Below, piece by piece: positions 36,189 to 48,600 of a stretch of DNA of 64,000 bases. The translations under genes and the position numbers were made by a program. The notes beneath the pieces are model-generated. The model did not search any database and was not told the origin of the DNA. It saw only the letters and a program-made list of their open reading frames with translations. Where the stretch lies: contig CAILDB010000017.1 in NCBI GenBank assembly GCA_903832855.1, positions 4,992 to 68,991 on the forward strand, read 5' to 3'. Numbering within the stretch: the first letter of the stretch is position 1; every line of letters begins with the position of its first letter. Source of the DNA: an uncultured bacterium. GTDB lineage: Bacteria > Patescibacteriota > Minisyncoccia > Phycocordibacterales > GWA1-40-21.

Positions 36189-36668
36189 TCATTTCAATCC
36201 TGCACAACCAGAAGCCGGGGTCAAACCTTTGGCTCTAGCTTCTTCTACAGTATTTAAATAAACTTTGTTCTCTTCTTTTATACGAGCGACACCAGAACAC
36301 CAAGTGTAATAATATTTTGTACCAGATTTTGAAGCAACGATACTTCCCTTCTCTGTCACAGTAGTTTGGGATGCTTGAGTCGAAGCAGACTGGATTCCCG
36401 TATTCACGGGAATGACAGATGTGGAGGAAGTTGGATCAATGCCGTTCCACTTATAATATTCCTCCGTCTTTGTCACCGTGATTGGCTCTTTTTGCTTTTC
36501 ATAAGTTGAAAGTCTGCCTAGTGCAAAGGCCAAAGTAGCGGTAAGTAAAAAAACTGCCAAAATAAAAACAACTTCAGGCATTTTGTTCATATCAAAATAG
36601 CTTTTTGCCCTATCAACAAAGTATTTCTTTTGCCACTTGATTTTTTCTTTTAAATCGTTTATACTCAT
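36189..36668 (-). CDS. membrane-anchored protein with a C-terminal domain weakly resembling the Ada N-terminal Zn-binding fold; carries an in-frame hairpin-repeat insertion
   Basis: TM near the N-terminus; C-terminal YYYTWCSGVARIKEENKVYLNTVEEARAKGLTPASGC vs Ada CRPSCRARHALRENVSFYANASEALAAGFRPCKRC; repeat-encoded SVIPVNTGIQ. Confidence 0.45.
   Translation of the reverse strand: MSINDLKEKIKWQKKYFVDRAKSYFDMNKMPEVVFILAVFLLTATLAFALGRLSTYEKQKEPITVTKTEEYYKWNGIDPTSSTSVIPVNTGIQSASTQASQTTVTEKGSIVASKSGTKYYYTWCSGVARIKEENKVYLNTVEEARAKGLTPASGCAGLK
36389..36417. repeat. hairpin repeat unit inside the 36189..36668 CDS
   Basis: ctggattcccgtattcacgggaatgacag; translated in frame as SVIPVNTGIQ on the minus strand. 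Confidence 0.7.
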
Positions 36669-36722
36669 AACTCATTAATCATTGTAGCAAATCCGCCCGA
36701 AAAGCGGAATAATTAAAATAAT

Positions 36723-37001
36723 ATGGCACATAAAAAAGCGGCAGGTTCCACACAAAACGGTAGAGATTCAAATCCACGATATCTTGGAGTCAAGGTAAGC
36801 AACGGACAGTCAATCAAAACTGGACAAATAATTTTGAGACAAATCGGCAGAGATACTCTCGCTGGTAAGAATGTTTCTGTAGGCAAAGACCACACACTTT
36901 TTGCTTCCAAGGACGGTGTTGTTGAATTTAAAACAGCCAGAAAAACTAATTTTGATAGAAGTATTACGAGGAGAGGAATTGTGAACGTGAAGTTGGCCTA
37001 A
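36723..37001 (+). CDS. rpmA: 50S ribosomal protein L27
   Basis: [24 protein letters not shown]. Confidence 0.9.
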   Translation: MAHKKAAGSTQNGRDSNPRYLGVKVSNGQSIKTGQIILRQIGRDTLAGKNVSVGKDHTLFASKDGVVEFKTARKTNFDRSITRRGIVNVKLA

Positions 37002-37017
37002 AATAAATTAAATTTAA

Positions 37018-37050
37018 AAACCGCCCCGACATCTGATGTCGTGGCGGTTT
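37018..37050. terminator. bidirectional terminator between rpmA and rplI (ccgccccgacatc tgatgtcgtggcgg)
   Basis: 13-bp stem with one mismatch, T-tract. Confidence 0.55.
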
Positions 37051-37055
37051 TGTTT

Positions 37056-37502
37056 TTATTTAGTTCCTTTTATTTCAACAACAAGTTCAAGGTTTTTGTC
37101 TCCTACTGAAATTTTAAGTTTATGCTCCCCTATTTCTTTGATTGGTTTTTCTAGGTCCATCGATTCTTCGGAAATTTCTAAACCAGAAACTTTTTTGAAT
37201 TCTGCAATCACCTGCTCTTTGTGAACTCCAGCAAAAAGGTGACCTTTTTCATTTGTCTTCCCTTCTATTACAAGTCTTCCATCCTTAAGTCCTGCCAAAG
37301 CTTTTGCTGTCGCCTCTTGAATCATTTTTGTATCAGTCAAACTATTTTTATTTTTTTCCTCAACCATTTTAATATTTCCCGCAGTCGCCTGAAGCGCAAG
37401 TCCCATAGGAATAAGTCTATTGAGTGCAAGTCCATCCGCCACATCTTTGACATCCATCTTTCTGCCAATCTTTTTTACATCTTTTAATAAAATAACTTTC
37501 AT
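37056..37502 (-). CDS. rplI: 50S ribosomal protein L9
   Basis: MKVILLKDVKKIGRKMDVKDVADGLALNRLIP. Confidence 0.9.
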   Translation of the reverse strand: MKVILLKDVKKIGRKMDVKDVADGLALNRLIPMGLALQATAGNIKMVEEKNKNSLTDTKMIQEATAKALAGLKDGRLVIEGKTNEKGHLFAGVHKEQVIAEFKKVSGLEISEESMDLEKPIKEIGEHKLKISVGDKNLELVVEIKGTK

Positions 37503-37592
37503 TCATAAATAATAGCTTTAAATAGGCCTGAAATATAGCTTGACAAAAAATATATCATTTGTTATGATAGTAAATAGAAGAGGAGGTGGAAA

Positions 37593-37778
37593 ATGAAAGA
37601 ACCATTCTTTAGTATGTCGTTGCTGTTAGCCGTGTTGGCTGGGATTACATGGGATGCCCATTTAATGAAAACTAGCCTTTCAGGTATTGCAATCACATCT
37701 GGGTTGGTTGCGATAATAACAGCCATCGTTTCTGCAACACTCAAAATTTGCGAAGCGATCAGAGAATCCAAAAAGTAG
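37593..37778 (+). CDS. hypothetical small membrane protein (61 aa)
   Basis: AGGAGGTGG RBS 5 nt upstream; hydrophobic; strong terminator immediately after. Confidence 0.5.
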   Translation: MKEPFFSMSLLLAVLAGITWDAHLMKTSLSGIAITSGLVAIITAIVSATLKICEAIRESKK

Positions 37779-37787
37779 TTCAGAGCC

Positions 37788-37822
37788 CAGCCCCGCGTGT
37801 CCGCACGCGGGGCTATTTCTTT
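37788..37822 (+). terminator. rho-independent terminator (gccccgcgtg tccg cacgcggggc + tatttctttg)
   Basis: 10-bp GC stem with a U-rich tail. Confidence 0.6.
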
Positions 37823-37828
37823 GTCCTC

Positions 37829-37896
37829 TCTGTCATTCCGTTGAAGAACGGAATCCAAAGAATCAGGGATGGATCCCGGCCTACGCCGGGATGACA
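37829..37896. repeat. two tandem hairpin units
   Basis: tctgtcattccgttgaagaacggaatccaaag + gatggatcccggcctacgccgggatgacat. Confidence 0.7.
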
Positions 37897-37906
37897 TTCA
37901 GAAATG

Positions 37907-39190
37907 TCACTTCAATATCTCAATTGCCTTCAACTCCTGCAAATCCAAATTTTTAGGATTATTTACTGCATTGTCCACTTTGTAATCCGGAGTAAGTCCC
38001 CCATCAGAGATTGAAATGCCATTTGGCGTGAGCCATTTTGCGACAGTAACTTTGAGCGATGTGTTGCTCGTGACTGGCAAAAGTTCCTGAACCGAGCCCT
38101 TACCAAATGATTGAGTACCGACAAGTTTAACCCCATTATTTTCCTGAAGTGCACCAGCGAGAATTTCTGATGCAGATGCGGAACCCTTGTCTATCAAAAT
38201 CGCCATTTTCAAATTTTCTGTAAACACAGCATAACCTTTGCTTCTGTAAATAATATTATCTACCTTTCCGCCAAAATCCTCTGTGACGATAGTTTTACCA
38301 AGTGGCAAGAAATAGCTCGCCATATCTACGGCAGCGTCCAAGTATCCACCAGGATTTCCTCTAAGATCAATAATTAGCTTTGCCTTTCCAGACGAAACAA
38401 AATCTCGGAGTGCATTTCTAAATAAGTCTGGTGAATTTGCGTAAAAATTATACAAACGAAGAATAAATACGTCACCCTTTATTTCAGTTTCAACTGTCGG
38501 AATATTAATGATCTGTCTTGTAACTTTTATTTCTTTATAATCTTTAAGACCATCTCTGAAAATTTTAAAAGTAACTTCTGTTCCGGCTTTTCCTCGGATA
38601 ATGCCTACGGCTTTGTCTACGCTCATTCCTTCTGTTGATGTGCCGTTGATTGAAATAATTACATCTCCTGCTTTTATACCAGCATTGTATGCGGGAGTAC
38701 CTTTAAGTGGAGCCACGACTGTAAGTGAGCTATCCTTGATAGCAATTTCCATTCCTACACCTTCAAAATTGCCACTAATGTCGCTATTGAACATCTTACT
38801 TTCCGCCGGTGGCATAAATACAGTATAAGGATCACCAAAGGCATTTGTCAGGCCCTGTATTGCACCGTAAATTTTTTCATCCGTAGTTATTTTCTTATCC
38901 GTTTTACTTACAAATCTTGCATCAAGTGTCTTCCAAACCTGCCAGAAAGCATCCAAATTTACATTTTCAACTGTGCTAGTTGGGCTCGTAGAATCAATCA
39001 AACTAACTGTATTTTGACTATTTGCCCTTGAACCAAAACCAGTAAAAAAACCGAAGAGAAAAAATGCAACAGAAAAAACAATAACAATCCCTGTAAATTT
39101 ATATTTAGAAAAATTCTCTTTGCTCATATTGTTACTATTGTCGCAAAAAAAAGGTATTTCGTCAAACCCTGTAGTGAATTTTGATGACAA
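37907..39190 (-). CDS. ctpA: C-terminal processing (tail-specific) peptidase, S41 family
   Basis: PDZ domain plus LIIDLRGNPGGYLDAAVDMASYF catalytic region. Confidence 0.85.
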   Translation of the reverse strand: MSSKFTTGFDEIPFFCDNSNNMSKENFSKYKFTGIVIVFSVAFFLFGFFTGFGSRANSQNTVSLIDSTSPTSTVENVNLDAFWQVWKTLDARFVSKTDKKITTDEKIYGAIQGLTNAFGDPYTVFMPPAESKMFNSDISGNFEGVGMEIAIKDSSLTVVAPLKGTPAYNAGIKAGDVIISINGTSTEGMSVDKAVGIIRGKAGTEVTFKIFRDGLKDYKEIKVTRQIINIPTVETEIKGDVFILRLYNFYANSPDLFRNALRDFVSSGKAKLIIDLRGNPGGYLDAAVDMASYFLPLGKTIVTEDFGGKVDNIIYRSKGYAVFTENLKMAILIDKGSASASEILAGALQENNGVKLVGTQSFGKGSVQELLPVTSNTSLKVTVAKWLTPNGISISDGGLTPDYKVDNAVNNPKNLDLQELKAIEILK

Positions 39191-39209
39191 AATCTACTAC
39201 GGGGTCAAA

Positions 39210-39566
39210 CTAAAGTGCGAGTTTTTTCAAAAGAAGATTGAAAAGTGCATAGAAGGCCTGCTGGGTCTCTGTCTGACTTTTGGCATTAGTAAAGTTTGTC
39301 CAAGAGGTGAAAATATCTTTGTCATTTAAGGCCCGGACAGAATTTTCCAATTGCAATCTATCATCAAAAGAAACCACAGATGACCCCTGAAGGACCTTCG
39401 TCATAAAAAGCTCCGTGAAAGATAAAACATTTTTATTTATTTGCTGTTTTTGAGTTGCGTCTGCTAAAGCTCGTGTATTTTTCAAATACATATAAGCAAA
39501 AAACGCATTGCTAATGACAAGCGCGACGAGCAACACGGCTACCAAAATTTTAGATTTATTTTGCAT
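39210..39566 (-). CDS. hypothetical membrane-anchored protein
   Basis: Start taken at MQNKSKILVAVLLVALV; the upstream extension MRGSSIKK is encoded by a hairpin repeat unit. Confidence 0.4.
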   Translation of the reverse strand: MQNKSKILVAVLLVALVISNAFFAYMYLKNTRALADATQKQQINKNVLSFTELFMTKVLQGSSVVSFDDRLQLENSVRALNDKDIFTSWTNFTNAKSQTETQQAFYALFNLLLKKLAL

Positions 39567-39576
39567 TTTTTTAATA

Positions 39577-39606
39577 CTGGATCCCCGCATTCGCGAGGAT
39601 GACAGA
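39577..39606. repeat. hairpin repeat unit (ctggatccccgcattcgcgaggatgacag)
   Basis: Sits between the stop of the giant gene and the start of the 39210 gene. Confidence 0.7.
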
Positions 39607-39610
39607 GTAA

Positions 39611-42600
39611 TTATACCAATAATTTATCTTTTTTACCACGACGAATAGTAAAAATAAATATAAGATAAATGAGTGCAAGAAAGATTCCGCCGAGCAAAAT
39701 CGTCTGAAAATTAAGCAACCCTAGCAAGCTTGTCTTCGCTTTGAGTTCAATATTGATAAACACACCTTTACCTTCATCCACTTTAAATGGAGCGCCCACA
39801 TAATCAGAGTATGAGTTTGAAATAACTTTGAGCTTGTATGTGCCGACTGGAACAAGGAAAGCATATCTTCCCGTCACATCTGTCGTCTGTGGATTTTGTT
39901 GTCTAAAGTCACTTGACGGCCAGAGTTCATAAGCATTTGTCGCAGGATTTAACCAATCAATAGAAACCAAAGCATTGCTAATGCGTGTCTCCTCTCCATT
40001 ATTTATTTTGTAAACATACCCCTCCGGATCCACAACCACCACCATACTGATTGTTTTTGGTGCAATGTTTGCTTTGTAATTTATAATAGTCCTAAGTTCA
40101 TATGTTCCCAGAGCAAGAGGTGATGCAACTTCCGCAGTCCAAACACCATTTCCGGAATCAATATAATTAAATTTATTTAAAACGAGATCGGTTTGGCTGG
40201 TTGGATAACTACCAACTGTTGTGCCAGAAATTGTCGGGTTATTTTCCATTGCAAAGGCAACGGAAGCGGTCTGAGAAAGACTGGATTGCTTCGCCTTGCT
40301 CGCAATGACAGAAGAAGAAACAGAAGAGACAGAACTGGATTTAAATATCATATAACCCTGCACCGTGCTTGCCTTCCCTTCTGGCTTCACAACAAATTTA
40401 AGTGGCTGACCCTGAATAGTATTGAGAGTTTGTAGAGCAAGCCCAGCGTCTGTAACTGGTAATCCAACAGTATTCACACTCTTTAAATTAATTCCTGCAT
40501 TTGCAATTGATAATTTGACACCCAAATCAATACTTCCATCTGCTGTCTGTGCAAAAATCACATCCGTCGGTATTTGATTAATTTGTTTTTGTGAAAAGTT
40601 TGTCACTGCCACACTTTGTCCTTTTTGCAAACCGGCTATTTCAGAAAGTCCCGGCAATGAAATATTTCCTACGCCACTAAGTTGCGAAACATCACTCATT
40701 TTAGTAATGCCAATTTTTTGTAAAGTTGTAGCAACCACTGGAAATTTATTTACAATGTTTTGAAAATCACTTGGCAGACCTTCAAAAACAAAATTATTTA
40801 TATTATTTGCTATAACTGTCGGCCATTTATTCTGAAATGCAACAGGAGTAACTTGTGGGACAGATTGTGTGATAGGAGGATATGTTACATTCTCATCTTG
40901 ACCTTGTGGTATGACATTTGTAATAATTTTGGTTATTGTGTCTGTTATTGTATTTGTCACTTGTCCTGTCACAGCTTTCGTATTATCTATAACTTCAGTA
41001 ATAAGTGGCACAGCATTTAAAGTAATATTTTGTGAATAAGCAGGAGTCGCTACACCAGAAGGTGAAAGAAATTTTGTGTAAATTGTGTAATTTGCATCAG
41101 GGCAAACAGATTGTCCTTGGCAAAGATTATATTGATAAGTAGAGGTGACATATGGGATGGTCGTAATGTTTGAAAAGTCAGGATTTGTGGACACCACAAC
41201 TGCAGAAGCAGTCCCATATGGGTTTGCAGAGAATTGCAAATTAACCACTCTTTGATCTGTTGAGCCAGCTCCGTTATTTATTGAAAAGGAATATGTTGAA
41301 GTAGCGACTGGTGTAGATGAACCACCTCCCTTACTAACACTGCCATGATGAACGGCTGGAATAGTATATGTCAAATGTGTCGCAGTTCCTGAAGTATCTT
41401 TATTTCCATAAGCATCTTCACAGGCCAAATAAATATTCTTTGTTCCGGCACCTCCAAGGTCAGGTGATGTGCAAGAAATCAAAATGCTATCAGTTACAGA
41501 ACAGCTCGTGTCCCCTGACATCCCGTCATATGATTTTGCTGTAGCACTAGGCGAATATGCCAAACGACAATCCCCTGCTTCACTTAGTGTAAATGTAACA
41601 ACTTGATTATTTGAAATTCTTGAACCATCTACTGGAAGAATATTTGAAATAGTTGGCGCAACAGTTGACCATGTTAGATTGAAAGTGCTTGAAGCAGAGT
41701 TGCTAGCGAGATCAGTAGTAGTGAGAGCAATAACATATGCTCCGTCATCAGTGCCGGCTGATATTGTGGTACTTACGGCAGTGGCTGAACCAAAATTAAT
41801 TGTTCCTGGGCCAGAAACTTTTGACCACAAGTAACTTGCAATACCACTTCCACCATCAGTCGCAGAACCTGTTTGTGTAAATGTCGCTTTCTTGGACTGG
41901 TCTGCACCGGCACTTACAGAAGGCGCCGTCGTATCCCAAGTCAAATTAAATGTGCTTGAAGCGGAATTGCCGGCGAGATCTGTAGCTGTAAGAGAGATGA
42001 GATATGCTCCATCTTGATTTGCTGAAATATTTACGGTCGGCAAAGTTGTGGAACTAAAACTAACTGCTCCCGGTCCAGAAAGTTTGGACCACAAATAGCT
42101 TGCTACTTCGGAAGTAATGTCCGTAGCGGAACCTGTCTGAGAAAATAGTGCATTTTTGACCTTGTCTGCTCCTGCACTGACACTTGGCACGGTATTATCT
42201 ACAGTCACTGTAATAATAGACGAGGTCGCCTGATTTCCTGTACCATCTCGTGCGACAGCAGTGATCTCGTGATTTCCATCGTCAAGAGATGTGGTATCTA
42301 AAGTCGTAGTGTAAGGCGCAATTAGATCTTCTCCACCGATATTTGTACTCCCATCCAGTTTAAATTGAACTCCAGAAACAGATACATCATCAACGGCATT
42401 TGCCGAAACAGTCACAGAATTTCCTCTGACTTTTGCATTATTAGCCGGAGCTGTTACGGAAACCGTTGGAGCTGTAATATCTGCTTGCACAGTGAAAGAT
42501 ATTGTAAATTCGTCACTATTGACATTGCCCACTGCATCACTGCACTTGACATAATATAGATAGGAACCGCCGTTTGAAAGTTCGGAAATAATTGAAGAGT

Positions 42601-45600
42601 GCGTCGTTGTGGCTGTTGTGGTACTAAATAATGTCATACTTGCATATGAAATATTTGTAGCAGAATATTTACAAGTTGCTGGTTCATTTGTAGTCAAAGA
42701 TATCGTGGTTGAAGAAGTATTTAATGCAAGTGTTCCACCTGGTGCTCCACCCGAGCGAACCGGCGGGGAAATATCAATGAGCATAGAAGCAGAGCAAGAA
42801 GAAGTGGCTTGATTGGTTGCCGTATCAATACTTACAATTTTGTATGAATATGTGAGAGCGTCATTTCCGGTAAAATCTCTCGTCTGCAAAGAGTTTGACG
42901 CGAGGTCAATCATACTACCAGATATAGTGTCGCAAGTAGCACCCGTGTAAAATAGAATTTTTTGGTCGGCTAAGTCACCCGAATTGGACTTCGTCCACGA
43001 AGCAGTAACCGCAGTAGTACTAGCTGGAGATGTTTGGGACCAAACAAGAGATGTCGCAGTATTTGGAGCAGTCGTATCCAAAATAAAGTTACCCATACTT
43101 GTCCAAGATGAAGTGGCGACGCCATCATTGTTTTGAGCACACCAATAATATGTGGCATCACTTCCGATAGATGAGCTAGGTGTCCAAGTAGTAGTGGCGT
43201 TGTTAGAAGCAGTTTCTGCAGATGTACCACTATCTACAACCGTGCCACCTGTACAATTTACTGCACTTGATGCAATTCTATAATTAGTAGTACCTACATC
43301 AGCAGTATCTGGGTCAGAATAAATGGCTGATAAAGTGGGCGTGGTGTCTGTGGTATATGAAGCGGTCGTAGGCGAAACCAAAGTCGGAGCATTTGGTGCA
43401 GTGTTAAAATTCCAGTTTGTGTTATTGCCTCCGTTTGTGGAATTGGTTTGGGAAATTAAAGTTCCGCCCGAGGCGTTGGAATAAGCGGCGTTAACATAGC
43501 TGGCCGAGGCAGTGCCGGCGACATTTAGATACCAAGCACTTGCCGGATTCAAAGTCAGTAAAGCTCCGCTGTGTCCCGATGCCGAGAAATTTCCGCCGAC
43601 GGTGATGGTGCTGCCGATGAAGCCGGAGGCGGTCACATTGGCGACGGTGGCGGTGCCAGTATAGTTTGTGTCTGGTGCATAAGAACCCGAAATTGTAGCC
43701 GGAAAACCTCCTGACTTCCACCAGTCGTTACCCGTTGCCACTCCCGGAACCGGAGTAATAATAAATGATAAAGTATCATTTGATACATACCAGTTATCAC
43801 TTCCCCGACGATACTCTGGAATACCATTTCTTAACCCCACATAAGTATACGTCCCTATCGCGTTAGGGTTTAGCGTTCCGCTCACCGTCACTTGGTTATA
43901 ATAAGTGCCGGAAGTATTAGCCAGTCCCGAAGCGGTAATTAAAGCGCCGTCAGAGATGGTGAGATTTCTGGCGCCTGTGGTAGTGATGTTTTTCCCGCCG
44001 GCAGAAAGTGTCCCTGCTGTTACTGCAACGCTCCCCGATGCCACCAAATTATCCTGCAAAGTCCACGCTCCACCCGTCCCATTAAATGTCAGATTATTAA
44101 ATTTAGAATTCGTCGCCCCGCTCGTAATTGTTTTTCCTGTTGCAGTTGAATTAAAAATCACCGTAGAATTATCCGCCACAAACTGCGAAGGTGCGGTGCC
44201 TGTGCCGTAGTTTAGCCAGTTACCGCCGACGGTAACAGTGGAAGTTCTTCCACCTGCCCCCGTGGCGTCCAATTTCTTGAGGGCGGTGTCAGCCCCAACG
44301 CCAATGGTAATGTTACCGCCGATGGTGAGATTATAGCCGTCGGTTTTATAACCAAGTGCTCTTCCTGCTCCACCAGAAATAAAATACATGGATTTTGTTG
44401 TATTAAGGGTAACATTACCAGTTTGAGTTAATATCCCTCCGGGGACATCCACATAGATATCACTACTATAACCATTTACGAGTGCTGGAATTGATTGTGA
44501 TGCAGTTTGTCCATAAAAATAAAGCGACGGTACAGATAGTGTAGAAGCCGCATCAAAACTTAACGGAGTTGCTCCTTTCAAATACATATTACCCGATCCA
44601 GTCAGGATACCAGAACCAATCGTTACATTTGATATTATGCAAATATGTGAAGCCAAAGTTACTGTGTTACCACTTTGTCCAACTGTAAGATTATTAAATC
44701 CGTTATCCCAATAAGTTGGATTATTCCCATACGTCAGCGTATTCGTCCCATTCAGTACTAAGCTCGCCGAGTTGTATTGCGTGGAATCCAGTGTCCCATT
44801 CGCCGTAAATGTCCCATTGCCATTGACGGTGATGGTAGCGGTGCTGGCATTGAAGCGTGAAGTGATAGATGACTGGTCAAAGTTGCCCGATGATAATGTA
44901 ACTTTTGATGCACCTGTTGCCGTTACCACTCCGCCTGCCCCGACTGTCAGTCCTGCGGTAGTCCATCCAGTGTTCCCTGAAATGCCGATAGTGGTAGTGG
45001 CTCCGGTGACAGTAGAAGAACCAGTAACTGTGAGGTCGTTTGTTCCTATTGCAAATGTTCCACCTGAGACCGAGAGATTTCCTCCGACAGATATTGCAGT
45101 CGAGTTTGTAAACGAACCGCCATCTTGAGTGTAATTACCGGAAAGTGTAAATGTTCCGCCAGAAATTGTGCTGTGATTGATAACACTGCCAGTAAATGTT
45201 CCGCCAGAAATAGTGCCGTTATTTGTAACAGTCCCCGCAGAGCAAGTGCCAGATGACGGATAAGTGGCTAAACTGGCCGGGATTTCCGCTGTATAACTGG
45301 CGCTTCCGCAAGGATAACTGCCTGTCCAGTTGGCTCTGTTGGTCAAAACGCCATCTGCTGAACCGTTCCATGTACCATTGCCATCACCAAGTGTCTGCCC
45401 TTCCGAGCCAGCGCCGTTGTTGTAAAGAGTTAAAACATCATCAGCACTTAGGGCGGTGTTGTATATACGGACATCGTCAATGGAGCCAGTGAACCGATAC
45501 AAATTTTTACCTCCAACATATAAATTAGAATTTGAAATCATTTGGCTACTTGGCTGTGCAGCAGTAGCCGTTCCAGAAGGAGTGCCATCAATATAGAACC

Positions 45601-48600
45601 TCATCATATCCGCGTTTGTAGTCCCATTCCACGCAACTGTTATTAGATGCCATCCAGTAGATGTGATTGAATCGCTTGAGAAGTTGTCAATGCTACCGAA
45701 CACACCAGCATTAAATCCAAAGTATATTTTATTATTAGACCATAATCCAAAATCAAAATCGGATTCACCATTATACGTGGCCTCAGCTTTTGATAAGACA
45801 GCACCTAAATGACCCAAGCTTGCAGGATTAACCCAAACTGATAAAGTTAATGCCTTTCCAATCATATTGAGGGAATCCGAGTTTGCCACCACAACCTTAT
45901 CCCCCGTCCCATTAAAACTCATCGCCTTGCCTATTTTCGCAGTAGCCAAAAGGTCTGTGTTTCGTTGAGCTGTTCCTGTGTGTCCGCCAATGCTGTCTGC
46001 CACAGTCGTATTTGTTGAATCATCATTCATCTTGTAATGAGCCACAAGACCAGTTCCCAAAGCCCCTGCTTCACTTTCTGTCCCTGCTCCACTGGCGTAA
46101 AGTGCGTCAATAGCTGTTTGGTCTAAGGCGGTGTTGTAGATACGGACATCATCGATGGAGCCGGGGAAATAATCACCACCAGGGTTTGTTGCACGACCAA
46201 TGGTAAAATTCGCGGCATTAACAATATTCCCGGCAGTATCTACGACTGTGCCACTGCTTATCCCATTAATATAAAACTTGTATAATCCTCCAGTTCTAAC
46301 AAGCGTCACATAATTCCAAGCATTTTTAGTGACCACACTCGTACTATAGCCATAAGGGTTGAAAGTTCCATCATAAGTTTCTACATACAATTGGTTTCCT
46401 CCTCCTGCATTTATATAAGCGAATATGTATCCTGTACCGCCTGATGTAGAAATAATTGCTCTTTTGTATACATCTGCATCAACACTAGGTTTAATCCAAG
46501 CCGATAAAGAAAAATCCCCTGTCCCAAATTGCAAAGAAGAAGGATTCCCAGCATCCACATAATCACTCGTCCCATTAAAACTCAAAGCACTGCCGATTTT
46601 TGAGGTAGTCATAATAGAAGTGTTTGTCGCCGATGTTCCTGTATTTGAACCAACGCTATCTGCAACAACAAGCGAAGCTGCGTCATCATTCATTGTGTAA
46701 TGAGCCACAAGACCGCTCCCCAAATTCGCCGGAGTTAAATAGCGGACAATCACGATACCGGAACCGCCGTTTCCGCCAGGAAAACCATTCCACATTCCGC
46801 CGCCGCCGCCGCCCGTGTTGGGAGTGCCAGCCGTCCCGCCATAATCTCCTCCTGCTCCGCCCCCGCCGAGTCCTCCGCTACCGGGAGTCGTTTGCCCTGC
46901 ACCGCCGCCACCGCCTCCGTATACGGCAGATATGCCGGACAATTGATTGGACATCCCTGCTCCGCCGTTGCCACCGACTTGGGACGTGCTTGCAGTATCT
47001 CCGTTGGTAGATGCCCCACCACCGCCGCCGCCTTTCTGTGCATAATTGTTGTTTCCGCCAGCAAAACCCTGCCCATTTGTTGCACTGCCACCAACCGTGT
47101 TGCCGCCCCACGACCCACCAGCTCCACCACCCGAACCTCCTGGAAATCCGTTACCATTCTTTCCACCCGCACCACCCCCAAAGGCAGTAAGACCCGCAAA
47201 AACAGAGTTGGAACCGTCGCTCGCGTCTACGGGACTACTTAGCCAGCCCCTTCCCCCTGCGCCGACAATAACTGGATATTCTCCCGTCACCGCCAAACTG
47301 CCTGTCAGTACCCCGCCTCCACCACCGCCTCCTACACTACCTCCACCGCCACCCGCCACCACCAACACATCAGCAGAAGTAACTCCTGTTGGCAGAGTTA
47401 ATGTTGTAGTTCCAACAGTTGTATATGTACAAACAGTGTAAAGCGGGTCGTCGGGCGCGGTAGCGCAAACCGGGTCAACAATATAGTCAATGTCTACGTT
47501 GCCTGAGATTTTTAAATCAAAAACATCTGTGGGAGTTTGTAAATTTTGTAAAAGTATTCGGTATTTGCCGTCTTCAGAAATATTTTCAAAAGTTGGATTT
47601 GTGCCGTCGGAAACTGTTTCCAGCATTTGACCTTGGGTTTGATTTCCATCTTCATCGGTATAAACAGGATAAACCTCAACACTTGCTGATTGACCATTAT
47701 TTGTTGATTTTGCGTAAACCGTAATATCTTTTGTCTCATCCAAAATCTTTTGGAAAGTAACACGAACATAGTTTCCATTTGGTACAGTGGCATAATCTTT
47801 GTCTTGTGTTGCAACTATGTCATAAATATCATTAATAATTTCTTTGTTTTGGTCTAACTCAAAGGCTTTTGAAATAAAGATAATTTCAAAAGTTTGTGTT
47901 GAGAGGTGCGGGACAGTCCATTCTACATAGTCCAGTTTGCCATTGCTGTTGAGGTCATAGGCGTGGAATGTAACATTCTGGTCGCCATTATTTGTCCATT
48001 TAATTTTGATTTTTGATTCTTGACCTACTTTGTAAATTTCGGGGATGTTGGTAAAGGCGAGGACATTGGTGAGGTGCTCGGGTCCCGAGGTTGCCGAGGG
48101 ACCAGCTATTTCTGGTGCAGAAACCTGAACTATTTTTCCTGTGTCTGTGTTTGCTTCTGCAATAGTTGGAGCTGGGGTTTCGTATGATACAAGGACGGTG
48201 GAAGATGAAACGGATTCGGAAGGAGTTGAAGAGGACTGGATTGCTTCGCTTGTGCTCGCAATGACAGAAGAAGAAACAGAGGAAGTCGAAGAGGGATGGA
48301 TCCCGACCTCCGTCGGGATGACAGAATCAGAAGAGGAAGCAGAGGAAGTCCCCGCTCCCGTATTGTCATTCCGTTGAAGAACGGAATCCATCCCCGATTC
48401 CTGTGATGATGTTGCAGATGAAGTAGAAACAAATGAAGAGATATCGAGATTTAGAATTGGGAGTGATGTGGCCTGCCCCGTTAGAAGTAGGCTACTTGTA
48501 GCCGTTAGTTCTAATGGGGTGGAGGAAAATTGATCTGTAGAAGAAGATGGGGAGGACTGGATTCCTGCCTCCGCAGGAATGACAGAGGAGTCCTTGTCCT

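Noticed and set aside
37562-37897. 111-aa minus-strand ORF (MSSRRRPGSIPDSLDSVLQRND...)
   Set aside because: Its N-terminus is encoded entirely by repeat units, and it is antisense to the RBS- and terminator-supported small gene 37593..37778.
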